Assembly (NCBI GenBank): GCA_001600815.1
Contig: BCKZ01000007.1
Span: 1-64,000 of the forward strand
Direction: 5' to 3'
Length of the DNA stretch: 64,000 bases
DNA from: Alloascoidea hylecoeti
Taxonomy: Eukaryota
Both the position numbers and the translations under genes were made by a program. The notes under the pieces were generated by a model. The model did no database searches and was not told the origin of the DNA. It saw only the letters and a list, made by a program, of their open reading frames with translations. Positions 47,521 to 60,219 of this stretch are shown piece by piece (the stretch's first letter is position 1; each line of letters starts with the position of its first letter).

Positions 47521-48280
47521 TATAAAAATAAACATAATTAATTGTAAATAAACATAGAAACGAATATCACCATTTGGGCTTCTCGTAACCTGATAGTGAT
47601 ATTTTAAGCTGGATAATTCAAAATAAAATATTAGTGGTAGACTGTGAGCACACGATAGGGAGAAGAGTCTATGGAGATTAATATTATGTCTAAACTGCGA
47701 TATTTGAAGAAAAGTTGAGCTTTCTTTTAAAGTTACAAACCAATCGTCATATTCATTAAAAATTAATTTCCTCTGAAAAACCATCATCTGCAAGTGCTTC
47801 CGACGATTCTCTCACCATTTGCTTCTTATTCTAATCTATTTTAATTTTGATACGTTCATTAAGTAAAAGATCACTATCAGTATTATTGGTATTTGAATCA
47901 TTTAAATTGCTGCCTGAACCTGAAGATCAGTTTCTTTTTCTTTTTCTTTTTCTTCTGACGATGATGGTAATGTCTATTGAAAACTACTTTTACAAACAAT
48001 GAAATTCAGGAAAATAACCACACAAGTTCACCAGAACTTACTACACATTAAATGGCTATATAATTATTTAGCTAGTTGAGAAACAAAATAAAAGGAGAAC
48101 AAAATCTAATTTACAGGATTTATTCTCCACTGAATTAAAATCATATCCTTTAAAAAGACTAACTATTATTTATGAAACTATATCGCACATATCACTAATT
48201 TGTTATTTATATTATAATCCAAAATAAAAATGATGAAATATGATGTTCAATTACAAATAATAAATTATTTTGACCTCATC

Positions 48281-50161
48281 TCAGACCATACAACTCTGCA
48301 ATATCATGTCTCTTTCCAGTTCCAATTGTTCCTCTATTCCTTCACTTGAAATATTTTTAAGTTGTGTTCTACTGCTGGAGAAACCGAAATCTATAAAATA
48401 AATAGTTCCATCAAAACTTTCTATAAAATTTTGTTTTCTTATGTCACCGTGTATAATGTTACAGGAATGAAGAATCTCGAGATTTGTTTCTGCTTTTTGA
48501 AAGATACTAGGATCTGTGAAGTCCGGTGTTTTGCCTTTGATATAGTCCATCAAAATGAAAATACCACCATCATTTTCATGTGCACCAGAATCAGATTTGA
48601 ATTCAATGAATCCAAAACATATTAAGTTTGGAACAAAATTTATAGACTTCTTATGATCTTTTATTAGACAATATGTTTGATATTCAGTTGAAAAATGTTT
48701 AAAACATTTTTTGGGCATATGATCAGAACGTCGATTGCCCTTGAAAGCACAAAAAGGATCGTAGATTTTTAAAATATATTCTTTTTCGTTTTCCATTGGT
48801 GTTTGTACATTTGGATTTCTGTTTATTTTTTCAAATAATTCCTTCGACAATTTCATTACTTGACTATGATATTTTCGGTTCCGCGAATATTGAATACACA
48901 TGCCTTTAAACTCCGATTCTGTTAAAATATCTTTGTTTAAACATAAATCCATANNAGTAAACTTAACTTCCTTTTGGGTGAGTTTATCTTGTAGTAATNG
49001 TTTTAATTCAGATCTCGGTATTTCTGCATCTAAATTAGTCTCGCTTGGAGTTTTCCGTAAACAATTTAAAAGATTTTTAAAGGCATTATTAACCTTTGTT
49101 TTTGAATGNGTTTCAAAGAATTTGATAGATTTTCTGACAAACAAAATAAAATGCAAAAGCAAACGCTGATTATTCAAAATTACATATTTGATTGGTAATG
49201 TTTTAAAACTTTTGTTTTTATTATCAAATCTTGTTGGAAAATCTTCAGCGTTACTATCTTTATATATATCAATATCTATTTGATATAAAATGGTGTGATT
49301 AGAATCAGAAATGCATCCAAAAGGAGTTTTAAAAAGAAGACACTGGTGAACAGATTGAGTTAAAATATTGTTGAAATTGTCATCAAAGGGATTTTCTATG
49401 TCCACGATAATATTTGGTTTTTTTAGTTCTATGGTTATAAGGATATTGGAATCGATTTGCACGATAAAATCTGGAGCTGGATTCATATTTGAAATACCAC
49501 TTTCTTTAGATGAAAAATTCCGTCCGGGTAAAATTTGTAAGTCAAAGTCTTCGTCATATAACAACCTAATTATAATTTCGGTCGGAGTAAATATTTTGAA
49601 GAGCAGGAGGTGGGAAACATTAGCTTCGATGATGTGACTAACGTGCCTTATTGGTGCCATTAAGATTGTACGAATATTAGAATTTAGCTTATCCGTATCT
49701 GCTTTTAAACACTTTGTTTGTAACCATTCCAACTCTTCTTTAAAGTTAAGACCACAGTTGTTCAGATTTTGATTAATTTTGATAGCATGTATTATAGAGG
49801 ATGCTGTATTTCTCGTCGCTGTTGGCCTCCTACTCTTTTTTGAATATGTACCTGTACCTGTACCTGTGGTTGTGGTTATGCTTGGGCCTGTGTTTGTGCT
49901 TGGGTCTTGAGCAGCAAAAAGACCGGTAGTAGGAATATTCAGCAAAAATAAAGCCGACAGTTCAGGATCACCTTCCTTGCCAAACCAACGAACAATGGTA
50001 GTTTCCTGGTTATATAGGACCTTCAAAAATACTGGATCATTAAAATCTCCAAACCCAGCTAGAAGATCCTCACTTTCAAAGAGCAAGTCATGAATTTTAG
50101 AACGATGTTCCAAAACAACTTTCTTATAGTTATTTAATTTATCTGTTATTAAATCAGACAT
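48281..50161 (-). CDS. PD-(D/E)xK nuclease-like domain fused to a C-terminal kinase-like domain (~626 aa)
   Basis: PDFIV-x-IELKKP then Q...GCISD; kinase motifs ILKIYD, VPNLICFG, ILMDYIKG, HGDIRKQN and IDFG. First ATG at 50161. A few Ns inside. Confidence 0.8.
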   Translation of the reverse strand: MSDLITDKLNNYKKVVLEHRSKIHDLLFESEDLLAGFGDFNDPVFLKVLYNQETTIVRWFGKEGDPELSALFLLNIPTTGLFAAQDPSTNTGPSITTTTGTGTGTYSKKSRRPTATRNTASSIIHAIKINQNLNNCGLNFKEELEWLQTKCLKADTDKLNSNIRTILMAPIRHVSHIIEANVSHLLLFKIFTPTEIIIRLLYDEDFDLQILPGRNFSSKESGISNMNPAPDFIVQIDSNILITIELKKPNIIVDIENPFDDNFNNILTQSVHQCLLFKTPFGCISDSNHTILYQIDIDIYKDSNAEDFPTRFDNKNKSFKTLPIKYVILNNQRLLLHFILFVRKSIKFFEXHSKTKVNNAFKNLLNCLRKTPSETNLDAEIPRSELKXLLQDKLTQKEVKFTXMDLCLNKDILTESEFKGMCIQYSRNRKYHSQVMKLSKELFEKINRNPNVQTPMENEKEYILKIYDPFCAFKGNRRSDHMPKKCFKHFSTEYQTYCLIKDHKKSINFVPNLICFGFIEFKSDSGAHENDGGIFILMDYIKGKTPDFTDPSIFQKAETNLEILHSCNIIHGDIRKQNFIESFDGTIYFIDFGFSSSRTQLKNISSEGIEEQLELERDMILQSCMV

Positions 50162-50754
50162 TGGCAAAAGAAAAGAGTGATAAGATTTTTGTCAAAGTGA
50201 GATGTGTGACATAAACTACGCCTGTTCTACAGATTATCCCCCATCCAGAACTGTCATCTTTCTTAACTTGTATGCGGCCAAAAATGTACTGATGTTTGGC
50301 CACCTATAATTCTGAGGCCTATCTAATTTATCAGGTAGATATGTACTATGTATATCCTTATACCTGTATATTAGATTTTTGTTTAGACATTTATTTATTA
50401 TACCTCTATTAATAATTTCTTCTCTTGTGATGATATATTCTTTTACCTCTTAATTGTAAATCAGGAATTGGTGATAATAGTGGAATCAATGAAGTATTAC
50501 TACCACTTTGAAGAATATAATTACCTACGGTTGGTAATTAGAAATCAGAATGTGCGAAACTAAGTGAAATCATTGTTTCATTTTCATTTTATTATTTGGT
50601 GAGTTTATATTTTATTAAGCTACACAACAATCGATAATGTTAAATCCAATGTACCAGATTCTTAATGACTTTATTTCACTTCATTATAAGATAAAATAGG
50701 GATGCCAGTTATCTTAATTTTAAAACTATTTTATTTATTATATTTAATTAGCTA

Positions 50755-52646
50755 TTATGTTCGATTAATATCAATATTAACTTCTTTAAAATATTCTAAA
50801 ATATCATCATCATAAACATTTTTACCTTCTGAAAAACAATCACCAGTAATACATTTACTTATATCAATTCTATGTTTTAAATGTAAAATTTCATTTCTAA
50901 ATCTATTTTTAATATTTTCATTATCATTTTCATTTTCATTTTCAATTGAATTTGATAAATTTTTATATTTTTCAATAATTTTATTTCTTTTTTTAATAAA
51001 GTTGAAATTTGTTTCATAATCTTTATTATTAAAATAAAATGGGTGAATTTTTGAAATTTTTAAAAATAAATTTAAAGTTTCTTCAATTGTTGAATTATTA
51101 TTAAAAATATTACATAAATCATTTTGTTTATCTGATGATGATGAATTTAAATTTGTTTGATTACCATTATTAGAATATTTTTCAAAATCTTCATAATATA
51201 TCTGAAGTCTTTCAATATAAAGTTTTGATCTAAACTTTTCATAAATAACACGTTCTGTATAATCAATCATATCAGCCATATCAGTTTTAAATAAAAGATC
51301 TCTTAATCTAGGTGTATCAGAAATATTAGGATCATTAACATTAATCAATGAATCATGACACCAAATAGGTTTCCTTGCTCTAATGATCTCACCAATATGA
51401 TCACCAGATGTTATTGTATGGTATTCATTAGAGCCAATGATTATATATGGTTCTGGAGAATAATCAATATATGAAGTTGTTGGATTAAATATATTATCAA
51501 GATCGATATTATTGTTAATTTCAAGCTTCAAATCTTCAGCTAAATCCGGAAATGGTGTTGAATTTGAATTCATTAACTTCCATTGATATACTTTAATCCT
51601 AGAATCTCTAATTGCTTCTGTAACCTAAAAATTTGAAGTCATATCAGTTAATATTGGTATAAAAAATGAATTAAATATAAATTCTTCTAACCCACAATCT
51701 TAAAATTTTCATTATTATGTCTATTAGTAGCACAGCATTCATCACCTTTTGCAATAACAGGTATTAAATTAACTTTTTGACCAATTAATTTCATAGCTTT
51801 AATATCAAATCTTGTTAATCTTCCAATAAAATAAATACATGCATGTATTCTTGTATCATTAATTAAACCAATTCTATTCAATTGTTCTTCTTGAAAAACA
51901 TATGATGATAATTGTTGATCAATAAAATCAATAATTGGAGGAATTGATTTATTATTATTCAATAAATTTCCAAAATTTTTAGATTCTGTAACATTAACAA
52001 TTAATTCAATATTATCTTGTTCAATTAAATATTTTGAATTTTTTAAACCAATTTCAATTTCAATTTCTAATGATGATAATTCTTTATTTTTTTCTTTTTC
52101 CTTTTCTTTGTTCAGTTCAATTATATCATCATTTATTGTATTTTTATAGGTATCAGGAGAAATATTAAAAAGGGTATTAAGGAAAGTTGTTTTTCCTAAT
52201 TAAAAAAAATAATAATAACTATTAACATTTAAATTGATATTTAAAACAATTATAAAATGAATTATAATGAGGCGCTCTTTATAAAAACCCATTAAATTAA
52301 AAAAATTACCTATTCCATTTTCACCAAGAAGTAAAAGATTAAAAGTAACACCTTTTCTTTGTATTGAAGAAGTTCTGTAATAAAAGAACATAATTAGTTT
52401 ATCAAAAAACATGTATATTTAGAATTTAGAAGTTGAACTTGAAAGTTGGAATTGTTGTTTTGTGACATACAATTGATTTAATATCATATTAATACCAGCA
52501 TTTGTTGTAATACTAAAGACATTATCTTCAAAAGTCGTAGAAGGAGAGGTAGCACCTCTACTAGGCGCATCGACATAAACCGAAGGAGAATAAGAAGCCG
52601 TTGTAGAACTATCAAAAGAAGTCGGCGAAACAGCAGAATTAACCAT
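50755..52646 (-). CDS. Divergent septin (possibly SPR3-like sporulation septin), ~536 aa; introns 52375-52470, 52196-52309, 51625-51695
   Basis: KGVTFNLLLLGENGIGKTTFLNTLF, DTRIHACIYFI, KVNLIPVIAKGD and PYIIIGS motifs; the four exons splice in frame. Confidence 0.88.
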
Positions 52647-52802
52647 TTTTGATGATGATGATAAACAAAGAAAAAAATGGTGTATTATTTTTGTTTGTGT
52701 GTTTACTTGGGAAATATCACGTGTACTTCTATATTTTTGAGACCTTTTTTATTCCTTTGATATCAAACAAAACCACTTTTTAAAAATTTAACATTATAAA
52801 AA

Positions 52803-55268
52803 ATGTCTGGTGAGATTTTTCATCCTGGTGATGTTGTTTTAGTGGCTTCTGATCGTAGTGGAACACTTTGGCCTGCAATGGTAGGTTTTCACTATTAATA
52901 TTACTATTGCTATTAAACTAATCTTTTAATCTGATAGATAATACCAGAGAAATATGCCCCAGAAAATGTTAAAAACATGAAGCCAAAATCGAGTGGATCA
53001 AACAGTACAACAAAGAAGGAAAATAATTCTAAAGGAGAAGCATCTAATGATTCTCAACATCAATACTGTATCCGTTATTTCTATGAACAATATTAGTATG
53101 TCCCTTGAATTTCTTAAATTACTATAATCATAGTGTAATGAAGATTTTGTGTCTAACTAATGATTTAAATTGTTTAAAGTGATTGGAAAACCTCATCTAA
53201 ATTAACACATTTAACACCAGAAATTGCATTAAATAATTTATCAATATTATCAATTAAAATCATATCAAAAAGAGATAAAAAAAATTTAAAAAAATATAAT
53301 GGATTAAAAAATTCATATTTAATATCATTAAAACCACCAAATTTAAAAGATTTTCAAAAATTCGAATTTTATGCAAATATACCAAAAAATTTAGAAATTT
53401 TACCAAATTGTTCTGCATTACCTTCAATATTGGAAGTTTTTAATAAATCTGCTACTGAAAAGAATAAATTAAAGAAATTAATGGCTAGTTTAGCAGAAAG
53501 AAAACAAAAAGAAGAAGAACAACAAGTAGTAGTAGAGGATAAAGATGAAGTAGATGAAGATGGGGATGAAAAGATGAATGAAAAATATGGAAAAGTTAAT
53601 GACATCAATAATGTAGAAATACAAAAAACCAATCCAACAATTGAACAGAAAACCAATCCAGTTGAATACAATCATAGAAAATCAAGAAATTCATCATCTA
53701 AACAATTGATAAATTCTTCACCCAAACCAAACAATACATCCAGTAACAAAACATCATATACATCTACAAAATCTGGTAATACACGCCGTACAAGATCGCT
53801 TATAAGTTCACAGGAAGAAGAATCAAATGAATTAACACTTGATGAACTTATTTCAAAAAAGCGAAAACGTAATCATACAAACAATGAAGATACTACTCCT
53901 ACAAACAAAATATCTAAAAAATCAATTAAAAAAGAAATTAAAAAAGAAATTAAAAAAGATCCTTTTGAAATTAATTCTCATACTGTAAGACAAATTCATT
54001 TTTTAAAAGATCAAATTTTAAAATATCAATTACAACAATTTGAAAAAATTAAATATATTAAAGATTTATTATTAACTAAATTAATTAAAAATGAACCACA
54101 AGAAGAAGATTATAATGAAATAATTAAAAACATTCAAAGTTTAGAATTTATTTTCAGAAAGTTTGATTTGGAAGAGTTGAAACAATTGCAAAGATCAAAT
54201 GTAAGTGAGGAAAACAATAAAGTTGAAAAGATTGTTAAGATCAATGAAAAAGATAACGAAAAGATTGTTAAGATCAATGAAAAAGATAACGAAAAGATTG
54301 ATATACATAAGAATAATGAAAGTGAAAAAGATGAAAACAATGAAATTGAAAATGATAATGAAAACAAAGAAAAAGAAAAAGAAAATAATAATGAAAATGA
54401 AAATGAAAATGATAATAATGAAATTAATGATAATAATGAAGTAAAAAATAAACGTTTTGAGGTAATTGAACAAAAAATGGGCAGTGTTAATAATAGTAAT
54501 ATTAATGTTTCAGATAAAGCACATGGTGAAGAAAATCAAGAGCAACAAGACAATAATACGAATATTTACCCAGAAAACGAAAAAAATAAAACAACGTTAA
54601 CAAACATTGATCTAACAAATGATTCAAATGATTCAAATTCTAATAATAACTCAAATATAATAACAAAAGATAACGATAATGATAATGACAATGGTTTATT
54701 GAAACAAATTTATAATTTATATAATATTGATATAAAACATCAACAAATTTTACTAAAACTTAAAAAATGTCATATTTCAACAAAATCTCATAAAAAAAAT
54801 CAAAGAAATCAAGATATGAAAGAAGAAACTAAAAAATTAAGATTAAATATTATAAAATTTAATATTATTTTATATTTATATGAAAATAATTTAACATGGG
54901 GACAAATATTGACGAGAACAAAAATTGGAAAAGTATCAAAAGTAATTGAATTTATACCAAATTATGAAATTGAAAATTTAAATACATTATATAAAGAAAA
55001 AGTGATTTTAAAAAATCAAAATAATGATCATGATCATACATGCAGCTCCACAATTCATGAAGCTATGAATTTATGTTTTAAAAAATGGGAAATGATTGTT
55101 GACGAGGAATGTAGAGTATTAAAACGATTAGGAATCAATTATGAAAACAAAAGTAATAATGATGGTGATAAAAAAGATATTATTGAAATGGGGAAATATA
55201 TTAGAGGACCTTTTTTTAAAACCGGCTATGATGTGAATTGTACCGCGATTGAAATAGTTACAAAATAG
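52803..55268 (+). CDS. PWWP-domain chromatin protein (Pdp3-like); introns 52881-52937 and 53096-53179
   Basis: FHPGDVVLV...LWPAM|I...YCIRYF..YYDW PWWP core; C-terminal ILTRTKIGKV..I resembles a TFIIS-N/LEDGF-type helical domain. Confidence 0.8.
54226..54299 (+). repeat. 33-bp perfect tandem duplication (EKIVKINEKDN)x2
   Basis: aaagattgttaagatcaatgaaaaagataacg occurs twice, plus a partial third unit. Confidence 0.9.
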
Positions 55269-55583
55269 TTCAAGTAAAGTTTAAAGTATATCTAAGTTTA
55301 AGAAATTAGGTTGTTAAAAAAACAATAAGATGACGGTATTTCCTAATTTAAATAATGAAAACGATATGATGCCTAAGATCGTTGTGTTGGAAAAAAGAGG
55401 TTGGCTATAAATAATCATCAAATTTTAGTAAAAAAATATGAAATTTTAATATTAAATAAATCCTTCCTCCTAATTAATAAAATATTAGATATCAAGCTTC
55501 CACTTTTTCTTTTTCCTTTTTCTCCTCTTCTCTTCTTAATTTTCCTCGTTTTCTGTTTTCTTCGGTTTTTACTTTCCTCAACA

Positions 55584-57511
55584 ATGTCAACAGGAGTAAT
55601 CAGAAATTCAGACGCAACGGCAACTCAAAGTTCAATTGGTGGAACTGCATCTCCAACAGGCGGCTCTAATTATTATGGTTTCAATTCAAAAACTTCAAGT
55701 TCTGTATTTTTCGTCGCTTTAGCTGTTGGAATTGTTGTTATTATTATTCTGTAAGTTTCATATTACATCTTTCACAATTTTTTACTAGCTGATTTTCTAA
55801 CTTTTATGTTTGTGTTATTTATAGTACTTTCTTTGGTGGACGATACTTTTTACGAAACAGAAATAGGTCTTCATCAACAAGAGAAGTTGCATTAAATGCA
55901 AATCAGGGAAGAAGAAGTGGTAGAACAACTAGAGCTGCAAGAAGAAGACGTAAATCAACTAAACGTCTTTTAACTCAAGATGAAGTTACTGAATTATTCC
56001 CATCTATTTTATATAAAGAAATTCAAAGAGATGTTGGAATGGAATTAGCTAGTATACACCCTGATGATGAAGATGATGAAGATATTGATGATATTCCTGA
56101 AAAAGATCTAGCTGATGAAAAATTAAAGAAAGAATTAACTGTTATTAATGAAGTTAATACTGTTGATGATTCAGCTAGTATAACAAGGAAAAATACAAGA
56201 GATCATGATGATGGGAAAACTATTGCTGAACAACCAGATTCTAATTCTAAAATTGGTCAATCATCATTAACTTTAAACGGAGCTGCTTCAATATCTCAAC
56301 AAACCCAGCGTAATGATGATGATAATGATGATATAAGTAGTTTCATGAGAGGTTTTGAGGATGTTCCATTAACTACAATAGACTTATCCGAACTTTCCGC
56401 TGCTCATCTTGAAAATAATGATGACCCTGATGATGGAATGACAGGAAAACCAGTGATTCCTACAAATGAATTTACATCAAGAGAATCAACAGAAACAAAA
56501 GTTGAACAAAATAATGAAGAAACAATTGAAGGAGAACATCAACATATTTGGGAAATTGATACTTGTGCTATTTGTATTGATGTTATGGATCCTGAAGATG
56601 AAATTAGGGTTTTATCATGTGGTCATATTTTTCATACAGAGTGTATTGATCCTTGGTTAACTAAAAGAAATGCATTTTGTCCTTTATGTAAAGAAGATCT
56701 TTATATTTTAGCTCATCCTGATGAAAAAGTGGAAGAACAACCAGTGATTCCTGAGGAAAACAGCACTGCCACTAATAATGACCCAGATGCGGCAATAGAA
56801 GCGCAAGCACAAGCACAAGCACAATCTGTAGGTCTAACACCACCTTCCGATAACAATATTAATGATTCAAATATTAATTCTGAAATAATTAATGAAAATA
56901 CAGAATTAAATGGATTTAGAAATACGATTTCTTTAGGACAAAGACCAGGAAGTCTTAGATTATTTTCAAGAAATACAACTTCACCTCCAATTAGACCACA
57001 TTCTGCTTCACCAGCAATTGGTAGATCAAATACTGAATCATTTATTCGTACACCATCAATAATGAATATTAAAATTTTTTCACTTGGTCGTTCTCATACT
57101 TATACACCATCTCCACTTCAAAATACAACTCCAGATATTGAAAATCAATTATCAAATTTAAATTCTACTCCAACAACTATCCCACGTTCAAGAACAGATA
57201 CTTCAATAACTCGACATTTAAGTTTATTCGATACAATATCACCAAGAAGAACTCAAAGTAATAATATAAGATATAGACAAAGTGTAAGAAGTGTTAGTGC
57301 AAGAAGTATGAGATCATTTCATGCAGGACAACGTGGAGGTAATGGTCGTATTAATAGTTTAAGATCAAGAACTGAGAGTGGAATGTCATCTCCAGCAAAT
57401 GTTGGTGTTTTTTATCCTGTTTATAGAGGTCCTTCAATGTATCGAAACAGTAATATCAACAATAATAATAATGAAAGTTCAAGTTCATTATTAAGAAACT
57501 CACAAAGTTAG
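55584..57511 (+). CDS. Transmembrane RING-H2 E3 ligase-like protein, ~617 aa; intron 55751-55824
   Basis: N-terminal TM segment (VFFVALAVGIVVIIIL|TFFGG); CAIC...LSCGHIFHTECIDPWL....CPLC. Confidence 0.9.
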
Positions 57512-57648
57512 ATCAATATCTCATCCAAATACTACAAACAACAAAGCTGGAAATTTAAAATTTTTTATATCCTTAAATTCATTATCATTATTCTTTTGAT
57601 TGCTTTATAAAAAAATTGTTTTTTTAAAAATTGAATACGTATATCTAA

Positions 57649-57722
57649 CATTCATTCATTCATTCATGTCTATTTATTCATTTATTTACTCATTCATTTA
57701 TTTACTCATTCATTTATTCATA
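57649..57722. repeat. (ATTC)/(ATTT) microsatellite downstream of the RING-H2 gene
   Basis: cattcattcattcattca...tttatttactcattcatttatttactcattca. Confidence 0.8.
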
Positions 57723-59391
57723 TTAAAAATTATGGTTCATCATATTTAACTCTTTACCGCTTTTTACTTTATATTTATATATTTTACTATTATTACTTCA
57801 TTACTTATTTATATGTTCATGTTTTATATGATTGGACTTTTTATTTCAAGCTATTCTTTATTCTGGAGGTTGATGGTGTCTCTTTTTTTTCTTCTTTTTT
57901 CTTGTTTTTATCTTAATGATAATATCTTTTTTACCTATTTTGCAATTGCAATTGCAAGAATTATGATTTAAAGAGGATTCCAATTCCAATGTGTTATATA
58001 ACTAAATTGATCATAATATCATTATGTTTGTTATAATATATGATTATTTATCAAGAATTATTTATATATTATTTTATTAGTTTTTCAAATTCATTAAAAC
58101 AACAAATGTTTAAAAGTTATTTTCTTTATTGTTGTATTAAAGAGTATTTCTTAAATTTTTTTGTATTGTCTAGATTACAATTTTAGATGACTTCAAAATT
58201 TAAAACACAAGTTTACTTTATAAATTGATATCGCGATTTTTAAGATCATGATCATTGAAAAAAAAAAATATAATTGATTTGATTTAAAAAGTTGTATAAT
58301 CTTATAATAATCATTATATAAATTGCATTAACTTATGAATATTAATGAAAATATAAATTATAAAAGAAATTGTTATCAAATTCATGTACAACGTTATTAG
58401 ATACACAAAAATTGAAGATGTGATTCAATTTTAATCAAGATCTAGAGCCATATAACTAAATCTTTCACATAACGTTTTCAATTGCAATGTACTTTTGAAA
58501 TCAACAAATCTATATACAGTACGTTAAAGCATGACTGAAAAGTTATCCTGAAATATCCATCGACAGATATATATTACAGTTACTATGATTTAAAGCTGCA
58601 AATGAAGTTTATAAATTTGACAGTGCCTCCAAATTTGAACTTCATATGAAAAAATCTCGATTAGAGATTTGACAGTGCGTGCCCGACTGTGCCCCAACAT
58701 TTTAAAATAGCTTCAAACTATATTATAATTTAAAATTATTATTATGAATAAGATCTTTTTAATAATCAAAATTTAATTATAAAGATTTCTATCAATATTG
58801 GTTTGACTGATTTTGGTAATTATTAAGTTTAAGTGATCTAATTATAGGCCTTATACAAGTATACAAGTAATGGGGTATTAAGATTGATTCATCTTATAAT
58901 TTTATAATAAAGTATACCCGGAATGATACAATGAAAATGAAAATGAAAATGTAATTTTTCTGAAGAATGTTTGAGGATTAACAAGTATCAATAATTTATC
59001 CTCTCTTGAATGAACTATCATGACGCTTTTTTGTTCTAAGTGCCAAGGCCCAATGGTAACTTGTTGTAGGGTAAAGATAGACCAAAAAAAAGTGAAATAC
59101 TGAATTTTCTATTCAAAATGTGCAAACTGTCTAAAAATAGGATCCCTAGACCAAAACGATCAGATAGACTGTATATTATGGAGGGGTTGGGTTACATGAT
59201 TGTGAAGCATATTTTACAATCAATTGTCTCAACTATTATTATGATAGTTATTTCTTTGGTTAATGGTTTAAAATTAATCCAGGTTTGACTTTTATTGACA
59301 ATAGTTACAAATAGTTATAAATAAGTAAGTTATCAAACAGTATATTATTATATTTACATAAAATGATTAAACATACTTTCCTTAACTATAT

Positions 59392-60219
59392 TTAAAATTC
59401 AGATTCATTTTCAAATTTTTTCTTTAATTCATTTTCTTTTCTAATTTGAGATTTTTTACTATTATGATCCCTTTTATTTGAATTTGAATAATTAATTTGA
59501 ATTTTATTCCCATTAATTTCTTTACCATTTAAATTTTCAATAACATTTTTTGAATCGTTTAAATTTTCAAATTTTATAAAAAAATAACCTCTATTTTCAC
59601 CATTTTCTTTATAAATTGGTATATCAATTTTTAAAATATTACCAAATTTACTAAAAATTTTAAAAATTTCTTCATCATTAATTAAATCATTTGATAAATT
59701 ACTAACATATAAATTTTTAGAAGGTACTGATAAAGTTTTTGATTTTTCTTTTCTTGGTTGAATTGTTAATAATGATTTATTTCCATCAATTTCAATTTCT
59801 TTACCATTAAATGAAATTGCCTTTTGGGAACTTTCATTAGATTCAAAATCAATAAATGCATATTGTCTTGATATACCAGTTTTACTATCTAATGCAATTT
59901 TAACTGATTTAACTGGACCAAATAAATTCTCAAGAATTGGTTTTAATTGTTTTCCAGTTATGGATTTATTAATTCCATGGATGAATACGGAATTATTTGG
60001 AGATGATTGAGAATTAATACTCATTGATCTACTAAAAAGATTTAAAGATTTGCAATTATGATGAGAACTTGATAATGATGCATTTGAAGTCGGTTTTAAT
60101 GAAAGAATTGATGGTGTTGTACTATGCAGAGATCTTCTAATTAAAAAGGATTTCATTTTTATTGGGTTGACCAGTGATTTCTGACTTATTGAAATAGATT
60201 TAAGAATGTATGAAGACAT
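59392..60219 (-). CDS. Two-RRM RNA-binding protein with probable mitochondrial presequence, 275 aa
   Basis: RNP2/RNP1 pairs VFIHGI/RQYAFIDF and LYVSNL/RGYFFIKF; Ser/Arg/Lys-rich N-terminus lacking acidic residues. Confidence 0.88.
   Translation of the reverse strand: MSSYILKSISISQKSLVNPIKMKSFLIRRSLHSTTPSILSLKPTSNASLSSSHHNCKSLNLFSRSMSINSQSSPNNSVFIHGINKSITGKQLKPILENLFGPVKSVKIALDSKTGISRQYAFIDFESNESSQKAISFNGKEIEIDGNKSLLTIQPRKEKSKTLSVPSKNLYVSNLSNDLINDEEIFKIFSKFGNILKIDIPIYKENGENRGYFFIKFENLNDSKNVIENLNGKEINGNKIQINYSNSNKRDHNSKKSQIRKENELKKKFENESEF

Noticed and set aside
47588..50337. 8-bp inverted repeat (acctgata / tatcaggt) flanking the nuclease-kinase gene as possible TIRs
   Set aside because: Too short to exceed chance and no target-site duplication seen.
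52690..52702. Ndt80 middle-sporulation element upstream of the septin
   Set aside because: Reads CACAAAC rather than CRCAAAW, and similar TG-rich tracts precede other genes in the window.
53369..54473. Antisense and alternative-frame ORFs inside the PWWP gene
   Set aside because: Shadows of low-complexity Asn/Glu/Lys codons.
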